A stretch of 64,000 nucleotides of DNA from a virus. Its lineage: Duplodnaviria; Caudoviricetes. The notes below the pieces were generated by a model. It was given only the letters and a program-made list of their open reading frames with translations, did not search any database and was not told where the DNA came from. Positions 9,501-17,867 of this stretch are shown here, piece after piece (position 1 is the stretch's first letter; the number at the start of each line of letters is the position of its first letter). The DNA lies in the IMG/VR virus record IMGVR_UViG_2516653058_000003, positions 1 through 64,000 of that record; one strand, written 5' to 3'. The position numbers were made by a program, and so were the translations under genes.

Positions 9501-12500
9501 GCAGCCGATGTGGCACGGATAGATAGTATTAGACGGTCAAACCCGGCGGAGTCCACACCTTCCAGGTTGGTCCAGGCAGCCGCCATCGCATCAACTTTGT
9601 TGTTTAGCATGTCCGCCATTTGATTGGGGGCATCTTCAAAAACCAGTTGGTAAGCTTTAGCTAAAGCACTGGATACCTTTTCAAAATTTTCAGGGGTTAC
9701 AGCTTTGGTGGTCGTGATTAGCTGTTTTTCTTCCTCAGACAATTTGTTATAGGTGGCTAATATGGATTTTTGGACAGCACTCGGATCAGCAGAATTAATA
9801 GCCTCATTAATCTCCCGTAATTGTTGCTCCGTCTTGCTGGCAATAATGGCCTGGCTGGCGGCCACACTTTGTCCGGCTTCCGAAAGGGATTTCACTTTCT
9901 CATCGGAAACGTCGATCAGCTTACGCAACCTCTCCAGGACTTCCTTCTGGGCAGGGGATCCAGACTCTACCCCTTCTGTACCCAGTTTGGTGACCTCTTT
10001 TATGATCTCGTCAGAAAGAGTAGCGACGCCCAATTGTTTTGCAATTTTCTCCTTTGCTTCAGTAAAATCTTTGCGAGCCTCATCAACAATGGCGGCCTGT
10101 CCATCCTTGGTAGAGGAAGAGAACGACGCATACGCTGTCGTATGCTCGTCAATCTGTTTTTGTTGGTCAGCCATTTGCTTAGTGGCTGCCTGAAGCCTGG
10201 CCTGTGGGTCTCCTTGGCCTTTGAATAACTGGTATGTGCCATAAAGCGTTGCGGCTGCGGCAGCAGCCACAGCTATTGCCCTGATTATCGGGATTTGCTT
10301 TAGAAACAATAAAGGGGCTTCGGCGAACAACTGAATACCTGCATAAAGGTCTCTCCAGACTACCACCCCTTTCTTGGCCACATCCCCTGTTTTCCCGGCC
10401 AAGGAAGATAAGGCAGCAGCATACAAGGCAGCCTCTCCGGCCATGGCCAAATTATCCCCGGTGTCACCTTGGGTGTGGGATAATGTATCCGCACCGGAAG
10501 CAGCAGACCCTACGCCTAACGCCGCCGCACCTCTTTTGATAAATCCACCGGAGGTTTTAGCATAAGCCAACCCCCCGGCCACAGCGCCGAATATTAATGA
10601 CCTCTGGGTAGACCCTGACGACTCGCCATTGGCTTGTATGACATTTTGCCGGGCAGCCTCCAGTAAAGACTTTAGCGTTTTAGTGATATCAACTATGGTA
10701 GGGAAAAAACCACTTATTAACTCGTGGTTAAGTGACACAGCGGAAGATTCAAGGCCGCTGAGGGCGTTACTGACCGCCTCCATGTTAGTGGCAGCCCCAC
10801 GGTCAATCGCGCCTGATTGGGAAATTTGGGCGATATTTTCGATGCGCTTGTCGAGTGAATCTAATAATGGCAGCAAGACGTTTTGTGCGCGTGTTTCAGT
10901 GACCCGGTTAAAGTCATTACGGGCCACCCCAGCAACACCAAGGCGTTTCAATTCCAGCAATACGGACTGGATAGGGTCATCGGATTTCGTAAAGCTTTGG
11001 TATTTTGCACGAATCTGGGCTTCCGATATAAGCCCTTCACCAATTTTGGCATACCGGTCTTTCAAGAAAGACATCAACTTGGCATCCGGGGAGAACAACT
11101 CGACCATCATCTCCCGTAAACCGGTGGCGATGGTGGAGTCCTTTACACCTCTATTAGACAGCACAGCCGCAGAAGCCAGCAATTGGGTATCGGATACCCC
11201 GGTCAGCTTGGCGGTAGACGCACTCAAAGAGATGATGGTGCGCAGCCCTTCCGTAGTCAGTTTGGACACGTTGACGGCTTGCGCCAGTCGATCCGCCAAG
11301 GCGGCCATTTGCATCGGTTCAGTTTTGTCAAACGCCTCGCTGAGGGATGTCAACACTTCCGAAGAGGTCTTAAGGTCTGCTGACGTGGTTGACGCCAATT
11401 TCGAGACCGTAGAAAGGATGCTGGGCAGGTTATTGATCTGAATACCCGCTTGTGCCAACACTTGTGCCGCCTGGGCAATCTCGGACGTAGAGAATTGGCT
11501 GGCCTCGGATACGCCTTTAATCGCCTCTTCGACTATAGCCATCTCGTTCTTGCTGGCTTGCGAGATGGCCTGGATGGCGTGCAGGGCTTTATCTAATCCG
11601 GTGGTGTCTGAAAACAAGGATCCAACGCCGGACAATAGTTTATATCCCGCCCCATAGAGGACAGCATAACGTAGGAATTGCTGTGTGGCGATGGCTGCCT
11701 GATGGGTGAACCCGGCAAGCCCACGCATCTCACTATTAACAAATTTCAAGCCTTGCTGAAGCTCTGGTAGCCTGCCGCCAAGTTTTTTGTATTCGTCATT
11801 GAGCAGCTTGAAATCAGCGGAGGCGGGGTTTTTGCCTGCCATCTCTTGCAGCAAATCCTTACGGGCTGCTTTAATATTCTTAATCTGTGCGGTCAGGCTA
11901 TCAGAAACAGCCGCTTGTTCATGTGGTTGCAGGGATAGTAGTTGGGAAGGTGAAAACCCACCTACCCGATGTACGGCTTGGTCGGATATACTACCTAAAA
12001 GGGCGGTTGCGGCCACCTCCCGCTGTTTCTGTTCATCCTTACGCTGTTCGGCGGCCATCCGCTTCCGGGCGGCATAGTTCAGCTGGCGAAGCCGGTCCGC
12101 TTCCTTTTCTGCAGCCGTCGATACTTTAGCCTCGTCGGCGGCCATCCGCTTCCGGGCGGCATAGTTCAGCTGGCGAAGCCGGTCCGCTTCTTTCTCGGAA
12201 TCAATAGCAGATTTTTGAGTGGATGCTTTCTCCCGCTTATCAATCTCAGATGGCTGCATGGCTTTAGTAGCTGCTGCCATTTGATTACTGAGTATTTGGG
12301 ATACGCTACCAAACCCCGGTAGGGATAGCTTTTCAGGTTTGATGATCTGAAAAGTCCCGCCAGCACCTGTGACGACTTTTACACCTTCCGAAGCCCTACG
12401 GTGTATATCTGAGATTTCTTTTTTATAATCATTGATATATTGAGTGTATGCCCTTAAGTTTTCCGCCCGCTTTGACCCATTGCGTTCTTTAAGGATTTTA

Positions 12501-12919
12501 TCTATTTCAAAAGGATCGGACAAAACCCTCTGCATATCCTGCTTGGTTTTTGGCGTAACTTTTATTGTCGGTATCTTCTCCAAGGCATCATTGAAATCTT
12601 CAAACAGAGACTTCACAGCGGCTTGCCGTTTACGTAACGATTTGCTGGTTTGGTCTGATTTGCCAATATTATCGGCAAGTTGTTCGTCGATTTTCGCAAT
12701 CTCAGACGTCAGCCGTTTCTTCAGTTTGTTGATGTCGGTCTTGTTGAGTTTTATATCCTTCAGTTCAACTGGCAAATCAAAGGCAGCGGTTGGCGCGTCC
12801 ATTTTGTGAATCAAGGCACTGATGACTTGGTTCATAGATTTATGGAAGTCGGCCTCATTTTCGACTTTGCCGGCCTTCAAGACATAATCGACAATTGTTT
12901 CTAGTTTGATGTCTGCCAC
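6524..12919 (-). CDS. Tape measure protein
   Basis: 2131-aa Ala/Gln/Lys-rich helical ORF downstream of the tail tube/chaperone, with a TP901-like core (LDKALHAIQAIS..SQFSTSEIAQAAQVLAQAG). Confidence 0.92.
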   Translation of the reverse strand: MADIKLETIVDYVLKAGKVENEADFHKSMNQVISALIHKMDAPTAAFDLPVELKDIKLNKTDINKLKKRLTSEIAKIDEQLADNIGKSDQTSKSLRKRQAAVKSLFEDFNDALEKIPTIKVTPKTKQDMQRVLSDPFEIDKILKERNGSKRAENLRAYTQYINDYKKEISDIHRRASEGVKVVTGAGGTFQIIKPEKLSLPGFGSVSQILSNQMAAATKAMQPSEIDKREKASTQKSAIDSEKEADRLRQLNYAARKRMAADEAKVSTAAEKEADRLRQLNYAARKRMAAEQRKDEQKQREVAATALLGSISDQAVHRVGGFSPSQLLSLQPHEQAAVSDSLTAQIKNIKAARKDLLQEMAGKNPASADFKLLNDEYKKLGGRLPELQQGLKFVNSEMRGLAGFTHQAAIATQQFLRYAVLYGAGYKLLSGVGSLFSDTTGLDKALHAIQAISQASKNEMAIVEEAIKGVSEASQFSTSEIAQAAQVLAQAGIQINNLPSILSTVSKLASTTSADLKTSSEVLTSLSEAFDKTEPMQMAALADRLAQAVNVSKLTTEGLRTIISLSASTAKLTGVSDTQLLASAAVLSNRGVKDSTIATGLREMMVELFSPDAKLMSFLKDRYAKIGEGLISEAQIRAKYQSFTKSDDPIQSVLLELKRLGVAGVARNDFNRVTETRAQNVLLPLLDSLDKRIENIAQISQSGAIDRGAATNMEAVSNALSGLESSAVSLNHELISGFFPTIVDITKTLKSLLEAARQNVIQANGESSGSTQRSLIFGAVAGGLAYAKTSGGFIKRGAAALGVGSAASGADTLSHTQGDTGDNLAMAGEAALYAAALSSLAGKTGDVAKKGVVVWRDLYAGIQLFAEAPLLFLKQIPIIRAIAVAAAAAATLYGTYQLFKGQGDPQARLQAATKQMADQQKQIDEHTTAYASFSSSTKDGQAAIVDEARKDFTEAKEKIAKQLGVATLSDEIIKEVTKLGTEGVESGSPAQKEVLERLRKLIDVSDEKVKSLSEAGQSVAASQAIIASKTEQQLREINEAINSADPSAVQKSILATYNKLSEEEKQLITTTKAVTPENFEKVSSALAKAYQLVFEDAPNQMADMLNNKVDAMAAAWTNLEGVDSAGFDRLILSIRATSAAAATATEQVIENNISALEAAKRKLEGDMSHSPASNSSGFVTPVSKEEKAAQEKRHVLLTFLDEQINEARTDLETKKTQTEKERKDKEIADKLAKEKMARESEFSSATSKAGQAQYIGDLANNSKEAMLEEELKKAKETRNLAREKAIQAELLAIKQQESERDLATKVAHFEELFDKSGQTAVQLDGLKNLPVDERAKLYTDPKEQVYNQVSISSAELKAALADVVKAYTSSTITLPGDTSASLAGIDRQQQEKDLNLQQALIQAKLDDVNRQVQLAKLENTLDQQAVQLANEQYGLKLESINVDRALASLHFEDSKVVEAQLAAKRKTAEDERKILLEDANRLRLEKEKASLGKEFRAANKAVEFAVASGNLKGLGALQKDRDALAFRRLENELATMIAQRSLPDDITARKDDGVSNIRNQHYKEQADTSAKYLDNLNKEFQSSKRFTLFTDEQKGFRQATGRDMTSRQVLAESQGQLSVAETHKQAIEQVIKAQEEAKALATTEEGVALFTQRLEESHKQLDQVNLTIGEYKGRIATLTATFMDGVRAISDSGVLAEFEKLNPGFTEVRQQLESHLAGTLDGITSVVGDFIANGFTAVKDLQALSSALQNVAQAQGNYQSTVSNRANLLYPIEASPSFAKESQAVQTLIIQQATTAQKAAEAAAAQQVAIAKAQQAQVLRENSLGGQLSKFFSDSTKSIISTLVRDFLGQGIKNLLGFSEQKNQYDIAGNLKVTIADGLPSVTAVASGTQSADTGGIRNAISSWFSGRATPSGTSVSVPQGMGGVTGGVSTNTSSNADGFLGYLGFTKSAASMAGSALSIGTSLLSIGTTLSSYFDSVDNYDAVLKAATAHNNDAPVLPTSDPTLLSPSGTDTKYGALAGYLSADKYKPILDQAATILAAGSLVQNTAGAAQFVNSSPISTKQSLSGMSVQNNNSVNNYNGSEPAAPQVNVRVINAVDPSVVHDYMSSSQGEKVILNTIHNNSSSIRETLR
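12048..12190. repeat. 56-bp exact direct repeat (87-bp period) in the tape measure N-terminal region
   Basis: TCGGCGGCCATCCGCTTCC...CCGGTCCGCTTC at 12048-12103 and 12135-12190; encodes EADRLRQLNYAARKRMAA twice. Confidence 0.95.
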
Positions 12920-12931
12920 GGTAAACTCCTT

Positions 12932-13462
12932 TTACCTAAATAACGCACTAATATCAGCCGCCGAGGCTCCGGTAAGGTCTAAATCTTCTGATCCGCCTTC
13001 ATCCCCGTCATATTTGCCTCCAAAACCATACAACACCGCTTCATACAGAAAAGTATTTGACTCTTGCTGTAGCGATAAATAATCTTCAATAACCTGCACC
13101 GCTATAGACGCATCGACAGTGGAATAAAGGTGGTCCGCTTTGGCTATATCCCACCCACATGCCATCACCAGCACCCGGTCGGCTGGAAGTTTAGAAAGGA
13201 ATTTGTTAAAGGAGGTACCTAACGACTTACCTTGGGGGTTTTTGTTGGTGGACTTTTCCTTGGGCTTATCCAACTCCTTAACCCGCTCCAAAAAGTAATC
13301 CATATCCTCTTCGGTCGGCGGTTTACGGTCGCAACAATGTATCAGCGTGGCAACGATGGCCTCAGGTAGGGGCACTGCTTTGCTTAAGGTTTCGAGGTGT
13401 TCTAGTGCCAATAAAGGCACCGGAAACCTATGGGTGAAGTGTATCTGGTGGAAAATAGACAT
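12932..13462 (-). CDS. Tail assembly chaperone (putative)
   Basis: Position between tail tube and tape measure; start moved to ATG 13462 behind an AGGA RBS. Confidence 0.6.
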   Translation of the reverse strand: MSIFHQIHFTHRFPVPLLALEHLETLSKAVPLPEAIVATLIHCCDRKPPTEEDMDYFLERVKELDKPKEKSTNKNPQGKSLGTSFNKFLSKLPADRVLVMACGWDIAKADHLYSTVDASIAVQVIEDYLSLQQESNTFLYEAVLYGFGGKYDGDEGGSEDLDLTGASAADISALFR

Positions 13463-13509
13463 GCCGTGTCCTAGTGAATATCCTTTGTGTAAGTATATCA
13501 CCAGACAAT

Positions 13510-13536
13510 AAAAAAGGCCTCCGAAGAGGCCTTTTC
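13510..13536 (-). terminator. Rho-independent terminator after major tail protein gene
   Basis: Minus strand AAAAGGCCTC-TTCG-GAGGCCTTTTTT: UUCG tetraloop plus U tract. Confidence 0.9.
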
Positions 13537-13554
13537 TTATGTGGGTGGGTGGGG

Positions 13555-14442
13555 TTATACGGATACGGCGTCAGGGATGTCCAACACTTCGAAGATTGGC
13601 CGCGAGGCGATACGGTCACGAACGTGATACAACGCGCTGGCTGCGTCAGTATAATCCAAATCATACGGACGCAAAGATTTAACCTGCATATCAAACTTGG
13701 ACCAGTCACTAGCGCCCAAAGTAAGTGACAGAGAAGGCACAATGAAGTTTTTCCAGAAATTGAACACCACTGGACGGCCTGTGGGGCGGTTAAGTTGGAT
13801 CAACTGCATGGAGTAGTAAGAGGGCACATAGACATCATGGCCGCCGGAAGTGACTTTCGCCTTGTACCATTTTACGGTGGAACCAGCCGCGAAGGCGACA
13901 CTGCCGCTGGCCGGGCCGACGAACGGGGTGTCTGCAGAGACATCAATCACAGCATACACAGCAGGTGACACCGGCGCGGTGAATGTGTCAACTGAGCAGA
14001 TACACATGCGGCTAGGGTCGTCCACTTGGTACATGACAATCATATCCCCGGCAGCCAAAGTGAAACCGGAAGGGCCGACGAGGTGGAGGCCTGTGTTATC
14101 CCCAATAGTTAGGGAAGTGTTGGCCACTGTGCCACCCACATCCGTGGATAGGGCGTCATAATCGGCGACGCCGTTTGACATCAATAAATTTAAGTTGCGG
14201 CGGCTGGACTCTTGAAGGGTCCCGGTAAAGCCGGTGACGGTGCTGGTTACGGCGGAGTCGAATAGGACAGGGGCGAAACCCGCCTTAAGGTCGGCAGTGT
14301 CTGATTGGATATCCAATTTGACGTTATCGACATAGCCGACTGAGTGGTCTGAAGTTAAGAGACCGGCCTGCGCCAAGGTACCAACCCTGACTTCACAAGT
14401 GCCGATGAACGCTTTCGCGGTTTTAGGTGAGCCTATGGCCAT
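13555..14442 (-). CDS. Major tail (tube) protein
   Basis: Beta-rich Thr/Ser/Val ORF after the tail-completion genes, followed by a terminator; GGAGG RBS before ATG 14442. Confidence 0.8.
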   Translation of the reverse strand: MAIGSPKTAKAFIGTCEVRVGTLAQAGLLTSDHSVGYVDNVKLDIQSDTADLKAGFAPVLFDSAVTSTVTGFTGTLQESSRRNLNLLMSNGVADYDALSTDVGGTVANTSLTIGDNTGLHLVGPSGFTLAAGDMIVMYQVDDPSRMCICSVDTFTAPVSPAVYAVIDVSADTPFVGPASGSVAFAAGSTVKWYKAKVTSGGHDVYVPSYYSMQLIQLNRPTGRPVVFNFWKNFIVPSLSLTLGASDWSKFDMQVKSLRPYDLDYTDAASALYHVRDRIASRPIFEVLDIPDAVSV

Positions 14443-14502
14443 ATTCCCCTCCATGGGTATTGGTTGTTAATAAATCCTTTTAACATTGATAGCTTAAGGC
14501 TA

Positions 14503-15336
14503 TTAGTCTAGCTTTTCAAGTGCTCTTTTAAATTGCCGACCCACTTCCACCGCATACGGGCGGACTAACGGGCGGAAATGTTCGGCGTAAACGATGCCAT
14601 TGGCGCCAGTGTTGTCCGGCCTTCCGTTTGGGAAGGTTGATGTACGCTTCAGACCATGTAAAAACGCCACCCGGATGAAGTCAAATTGCCCTAGTGACGG
14701 GTAGTTTATCGTAAAGGTGGTGACCAGGTCATACCCGTCATGTTTCCAGGTCATCTTGCCTTTTTGGTAGGATGCTGTGGACCTCAGACGGCGTTGCCAG
14801 GAAGCAGCCACGGAATTAAAGGCAAGACGGGCAGATTTGTTTTCGGTACGCTTTTTAAAAAATCTTGCTGACCTAGGTAACCTCATAAAATAACGCTTTG
14901 TCAGCTTTTTCCATGTCACCGGAAAACTAATCAATACGTTGCTGGAGCCTTTAGTCGATTTACTTAAAACGGATATCTTATGCACCACGGAAACTGAGAC
15001 TGTGCCCCTGTTATAAGCCCCCCGTGCTTGGACTTTATGTTTCCTGGCAAACGCCTTACGGCCAGGTACCAAAGGGGGTTCTTGGTATTGGGCTGGAACC
15101 GTACTGTTATTCACCAATTCCACTGCGCCATTGACAGCTGCCGAAAAGAAACCTATCGCCGTATTCACCACCTCGGTTCGCTTCTCTTTGGCTAGTTTAT
15201 CCAACCTAGATTCATCAATGCCATACGCTTTAATAGACTGCTTTACCTTTTGCGACAGGGATTGTTTAGCACTAGCAGATAGCAGGTTGTTCTGTTGGAA
15301 CTGGCGCCGGCCTTGTGTGAACGTGACCTTTGCCAT
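14503..15336 (-). CDS. Basic tail-completion/neck protein (putative)
   Basis: Lys/Arg-rich ORF in the head-tail joining block; GAGG RBS before ATG 15336. Confidence 0.5.
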   Translation of the reverse strand: MAKVTFTQGRRQFQQNNLLSASAKQSLSQKVKQSIKAYGIDESRLDKLAKEKRTEVVNTAIGFFSAAVNGAVELVNNSTVPAQYQEPPLVPGRKAFARKHKVQARGAYNRGTVSVSVVHKISVLSKSTKGSSNVLISFPVTWKKLTKRYFMRLPRSARFFKKRTENKSARLAFNSVAASWQRRLRSTASYQKGKMTWKHDGYDLVTTFTINYPSLGQFDFIRVAFLHGLKRTSTFPNGRPDNTGANGIVYAEHFRPLVRPYAVEVGRQFKRALEKLD

Positions 15337-15337
15337 A

Positions 15338-15787
15338 TCAGACAAACCTCTGGCACAAGGCCACCAGCTGATACATGTTGAGGCCAGATATTTGGTCAAA
15401 ACGGGACGGAGTGGGAATACGGGAAATTGGAATCAACTCCCCTAATTTTACATCCCCAGCCACGGCGCCGCTGTAATCATAAACGGGAATCCCTTTATGG
15501 ATGTCCAACACTTCTGAAATTGTGCCTAGAATAGTTTTAGCAATATACTGGGCAGGGTCATCGGACGTACGGGCACCCGCCTCAAACACCACAGCGTAAT
15601 AAGGATCCCGTGGGTTTGGGGTTATCCCTGGGAAACTGACCACAATGGCCGGGGCTTTGGATTCCCCAATATCGGGGGTCAGGTATGCCCCGTCGAGGTC
15701 AAAGAATATCCAACCGCTGGCCATTGCCAAATCTGATAGCACCTTGTCAATCGTCGATTTAACCGCGACATCGAATGTAGTTGTCAT
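15338..15787 (-). CDS. Tail terminator-like protein (putative)
   Basis: 149 aa; size and position in the head-tail joining block. Confidence 0.5.
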   Translation of the reverse strand: MTTTFDVAVKSTIDKVLSDLAMASGWIFFDLDGAYLTPDIGESKAPAIVVSFPGITPNPRDPYYAVVFEAGARTSDDPAQYIAKTILGTISEVLDIHKGIPVYDYSGAVAGDVKLGELIPISRIPTPSRFDQISGLNMYQLVALCQRFV

Positions 15788-16509
15788 AGTGGGTTTATCG
15801 CTGTCCGTCTACAAATACCCCGGCAATAGGTCATACCGAAATATTGCCAGACTTCTTGAATGTCATAAATCAAATCACTGGTGTTATCTTGGATATGCAA
15901 CTCATAGGATGTGTCGATAGACACGCCTTTGGGCATGATAATGATTTCATCTACGAACTCGGTAGCCGGGACTTCTCCTGAACTATCCACGGCGGCAGGC
16001 TCTTTATCACAATAGGTGGTGGCTTTCACTTCGCGGGTGGGGTTTATTTTCACCCCGGAAGCAGCGAACCCAAAAGACAAGCCAATAATGGAGCAAGTGA
16101 AGTATGCCCGGCGAACCAGTGTCGATATGCTGTAAGGATTTTCGGAGCGGTCTGTATTTGAAGATCCGACCAGATATATGTCATCATCGAATTTGATCAC
16201 AGATACGGAGTCAGGGATTGGTTTGGCTGGGTCAGTCAATAGTGTGCGTAATTTCCCAGACACATCGGAACCGGAGAGGGTGCGGTCATTGGCAAGCAGT
16301 GCACCTTTGGTTATTTCTACCCAGCTGGTGCCAGTTATTGAACTTTCCCCAGATACGTGTCCAAATAGATCACTGGAACTGGTGAGGTCACCTACAACGG
16401 TGCTGTCACCAAGCATATCTCCCGCCGTTAGGTTAGAAACAAGTAAGCTACTGGCCAATGCGTTGACTGGAGTCCTCAGGAAACGGTTGGCGGCGTGTTT
16501 GATACCCAT
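15784..16509 (-). CDS. Head-closure-like protein with two N-terminal Gly/Ser repeats
   Basis: Position after the adaptor; carries GDMLGDSTVVGDL and GHVSGESSITG, the repeat also found in 25-1605. Confidence 0.5.
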   Translation of the reverse strand: MGIKHAANRFLRTPVNALASSLLVSNLTAGDMLGDSTVVGDLTSSSDLFGHVSGESSITGTSWVEITKGALLANDRTLSGSDVSGKLRTLLTDPAKPIPDSVSVIKFDDDIYLVGSSNTDRSENPYSISTLVRRAYFTCSIIGLSFGFAASGVKINPTREVKATTYCDKEPAAVDSSGEVPATEFVDEIIIMPKGVSIDTSYELHIQDNTSDLIYDIQEVWQYFGMTYCRGICRRTAINPL

Positions 16510-16510
16510 A

Positions 16511-16972
16511 TTACCCGGTCACCGGGTCGTATGAAGGCGCAACAGCAGACAATACCGCCATCGGGGTGGGAGCCGATTCTGTATCCAAAGCCGTCAACAA
16601 CGCCTGCCGGTATACTCCGGCCTGTTTACGTGCGGCGTCCGCCAATTTCATCAGGTCCGTGGAGCTAAAACGCTCGAAAGCATTTTTACCGTCCGTCTCT
16701 CTGGATTTTACGATCAGGGCGGCATCCAGCACCCTAGCTGCCCCGTAATAACTACACCACAGCACCAAGCAATCAGAATTGTTACGAAGTTGGGCGGTTG
16801 TCGATTCTGTATCCTGCAGATAAATGTCTGCGTGGTTGGGTAACCATGTAAACAGTTCGACGGACAACACCCGGTTCAATTCAAGGTCGGCCAAGAAAGT
16901 ATCGGAGACGTCTTCCGATGACAGACCTGCCACCCCTAGAATACGGGCTGCTGTGGTGTAAATGATATCCAT
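16511..16972 (-). CDS. Head-tail adaptor (putative)
   Basis: 153-aa helical protein downstream of the capsid block. Confidence 0.55.
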   Translation of the reverse strand: MDIIYTTAARILGVAGLSSEDVSDTFLADLELNRVLSVELFTWLPNHADIYLQDTESTTAQLRNNSDCLVLWCSYYGAARVLDAALIVKSRETDGKNAFERFSSTDLMKLADAARKQAGVYRQALLTALDTESAPTPMAVLSAVAPSYDPVTG

Positions 16973-16973
16973 G

Positions 16974-17510
16974 TTATTGAAGATGCACTGTCAGGGCATT
17001 GATGGCAAACACAGGGGCGGAGTCCCCGGAGTTTATTGTCTTATTTGCCGTCAAGGCAGCAAAGGCAAGGACATTACCAGCACCTACCGTACATGAATCC
17101 AGAATGGCGAAGCTGGTGACTGTAGTGGGGCCGGAACTGGGGGCGGAGCCTATTGTAATGGCCACGTTGTTTTTCACGGTGCCTGTGGTTCCCGTACTTG
17201 CACCGGAGGTTTCACCACCAGTACCTGACCAGTTACTGGCTGACGGGTTTAGCTGCCCTCGTGCGTATCCGGTATAAGACGCTTCGGAAATGGTTGCCCC
17301 AGTGCTTGCGGCGGTTGGGGTGGATGTGGTGAGTGCCACACATGCGACCGTAGGGGCTGTGAAGGTCTGCCCTCGGTATACATAATCCAACACCTTATTG
17401 TTAAAGTAATTGGACAAGCCAGCTGCCGGCGAGCTAATGGGGATGACAGCACAGGCAAGTAAGGCAACCGAGAATAATACTCGGCAGATGAGTTTGATTT
17501 GAGTTTTCAT
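16974..17510 (-). CDS. Conserved small virion (fiber/whisker-like) protein with signal-peptide-like N-terminus
   Basis: LSNYFNNKVLDYVYRGQTFTAPT..VAL.T..P..EASYTGYAR motif of a widespread phage virion family; AAGGA RBS. Confidence 0.65.
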   Translation of the reverse strand: MKTQIKLICRVLFSVALLACAVIPISSPAAGLSNYFNNKVLDYVYRGQTFTAPTVACVALTTSTPTAASTGATISEASYTGYARGQLNPSASNWSGTGGETSGASTGTTGTVKNNVAITIGSAPSSGPTTVTSFAILDSCTVGAGNVLAFAALTANKTINSGDSAPVFAINALTVHLQ

Positions 17511-17523
17511 AACTATCCTTGTT

Positions 17524-17796
17524 TTAAGGTTCTAGGTGGGTTATCACACCTGCGTCGATATTGCATTGGATCCATTCAGTGATCTCCGACACTTCGGTGA
17601 TTTGGCCGGGGTTAAAGCGTTGCCCTGTACGTGGCTCAGACAGCGCATACGGGCCGTCCACACGGATGAATGTGGAACTCTTCAAGGCTTTTGGAGGTAA
17701 GTCAACCTGATCTTGGAGTGAGGGATCCAGGATATCTACAGATTGTTGTGTGTCTGTAGTGGGTGGCGCATCCGTATCTCTCTTCGCTAATGCCAT
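17524..17796 (-). CDS. Hypothetical head-associated protein
   Basis: 90 aa, GAGGA RBS, directly after the capsid gene. Confidence 0.6.
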   Translation of the reverse strand: MALAKRDTDAPPTTDTQQSVDILDPSLQDQVDLPPKALKSSTFIRVDGPYALSEPRTGQRFNPGQITEVSEITEWIQCNIDAGVITHLEP

Positions 17797-17813
17797 AATA
17801 ATGTCCTCAATCT

Positions 17814-17840
17814 AAAAAGAGGTGCCAATTAAGGCACCTT
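17814..17840 (-). terminator. Terminator after major capsid gene
   Basis: Minus strand AGGTGCC-TTAATT-GGCACCT followed by CTTTTT. Confidence 0.7.
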
Positions 17841-17867
17841 AAAGTGGATTCTTCCAGGAGATGGTTA

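Noticed and set aside
12932-13462. Programmed -1 frameshift of the lambda G/GT type in the tail chaperone
   Set aside because: A single ORF fills the gap to the tape measure gene, and no clear slippery heptamer with a second frame was found.
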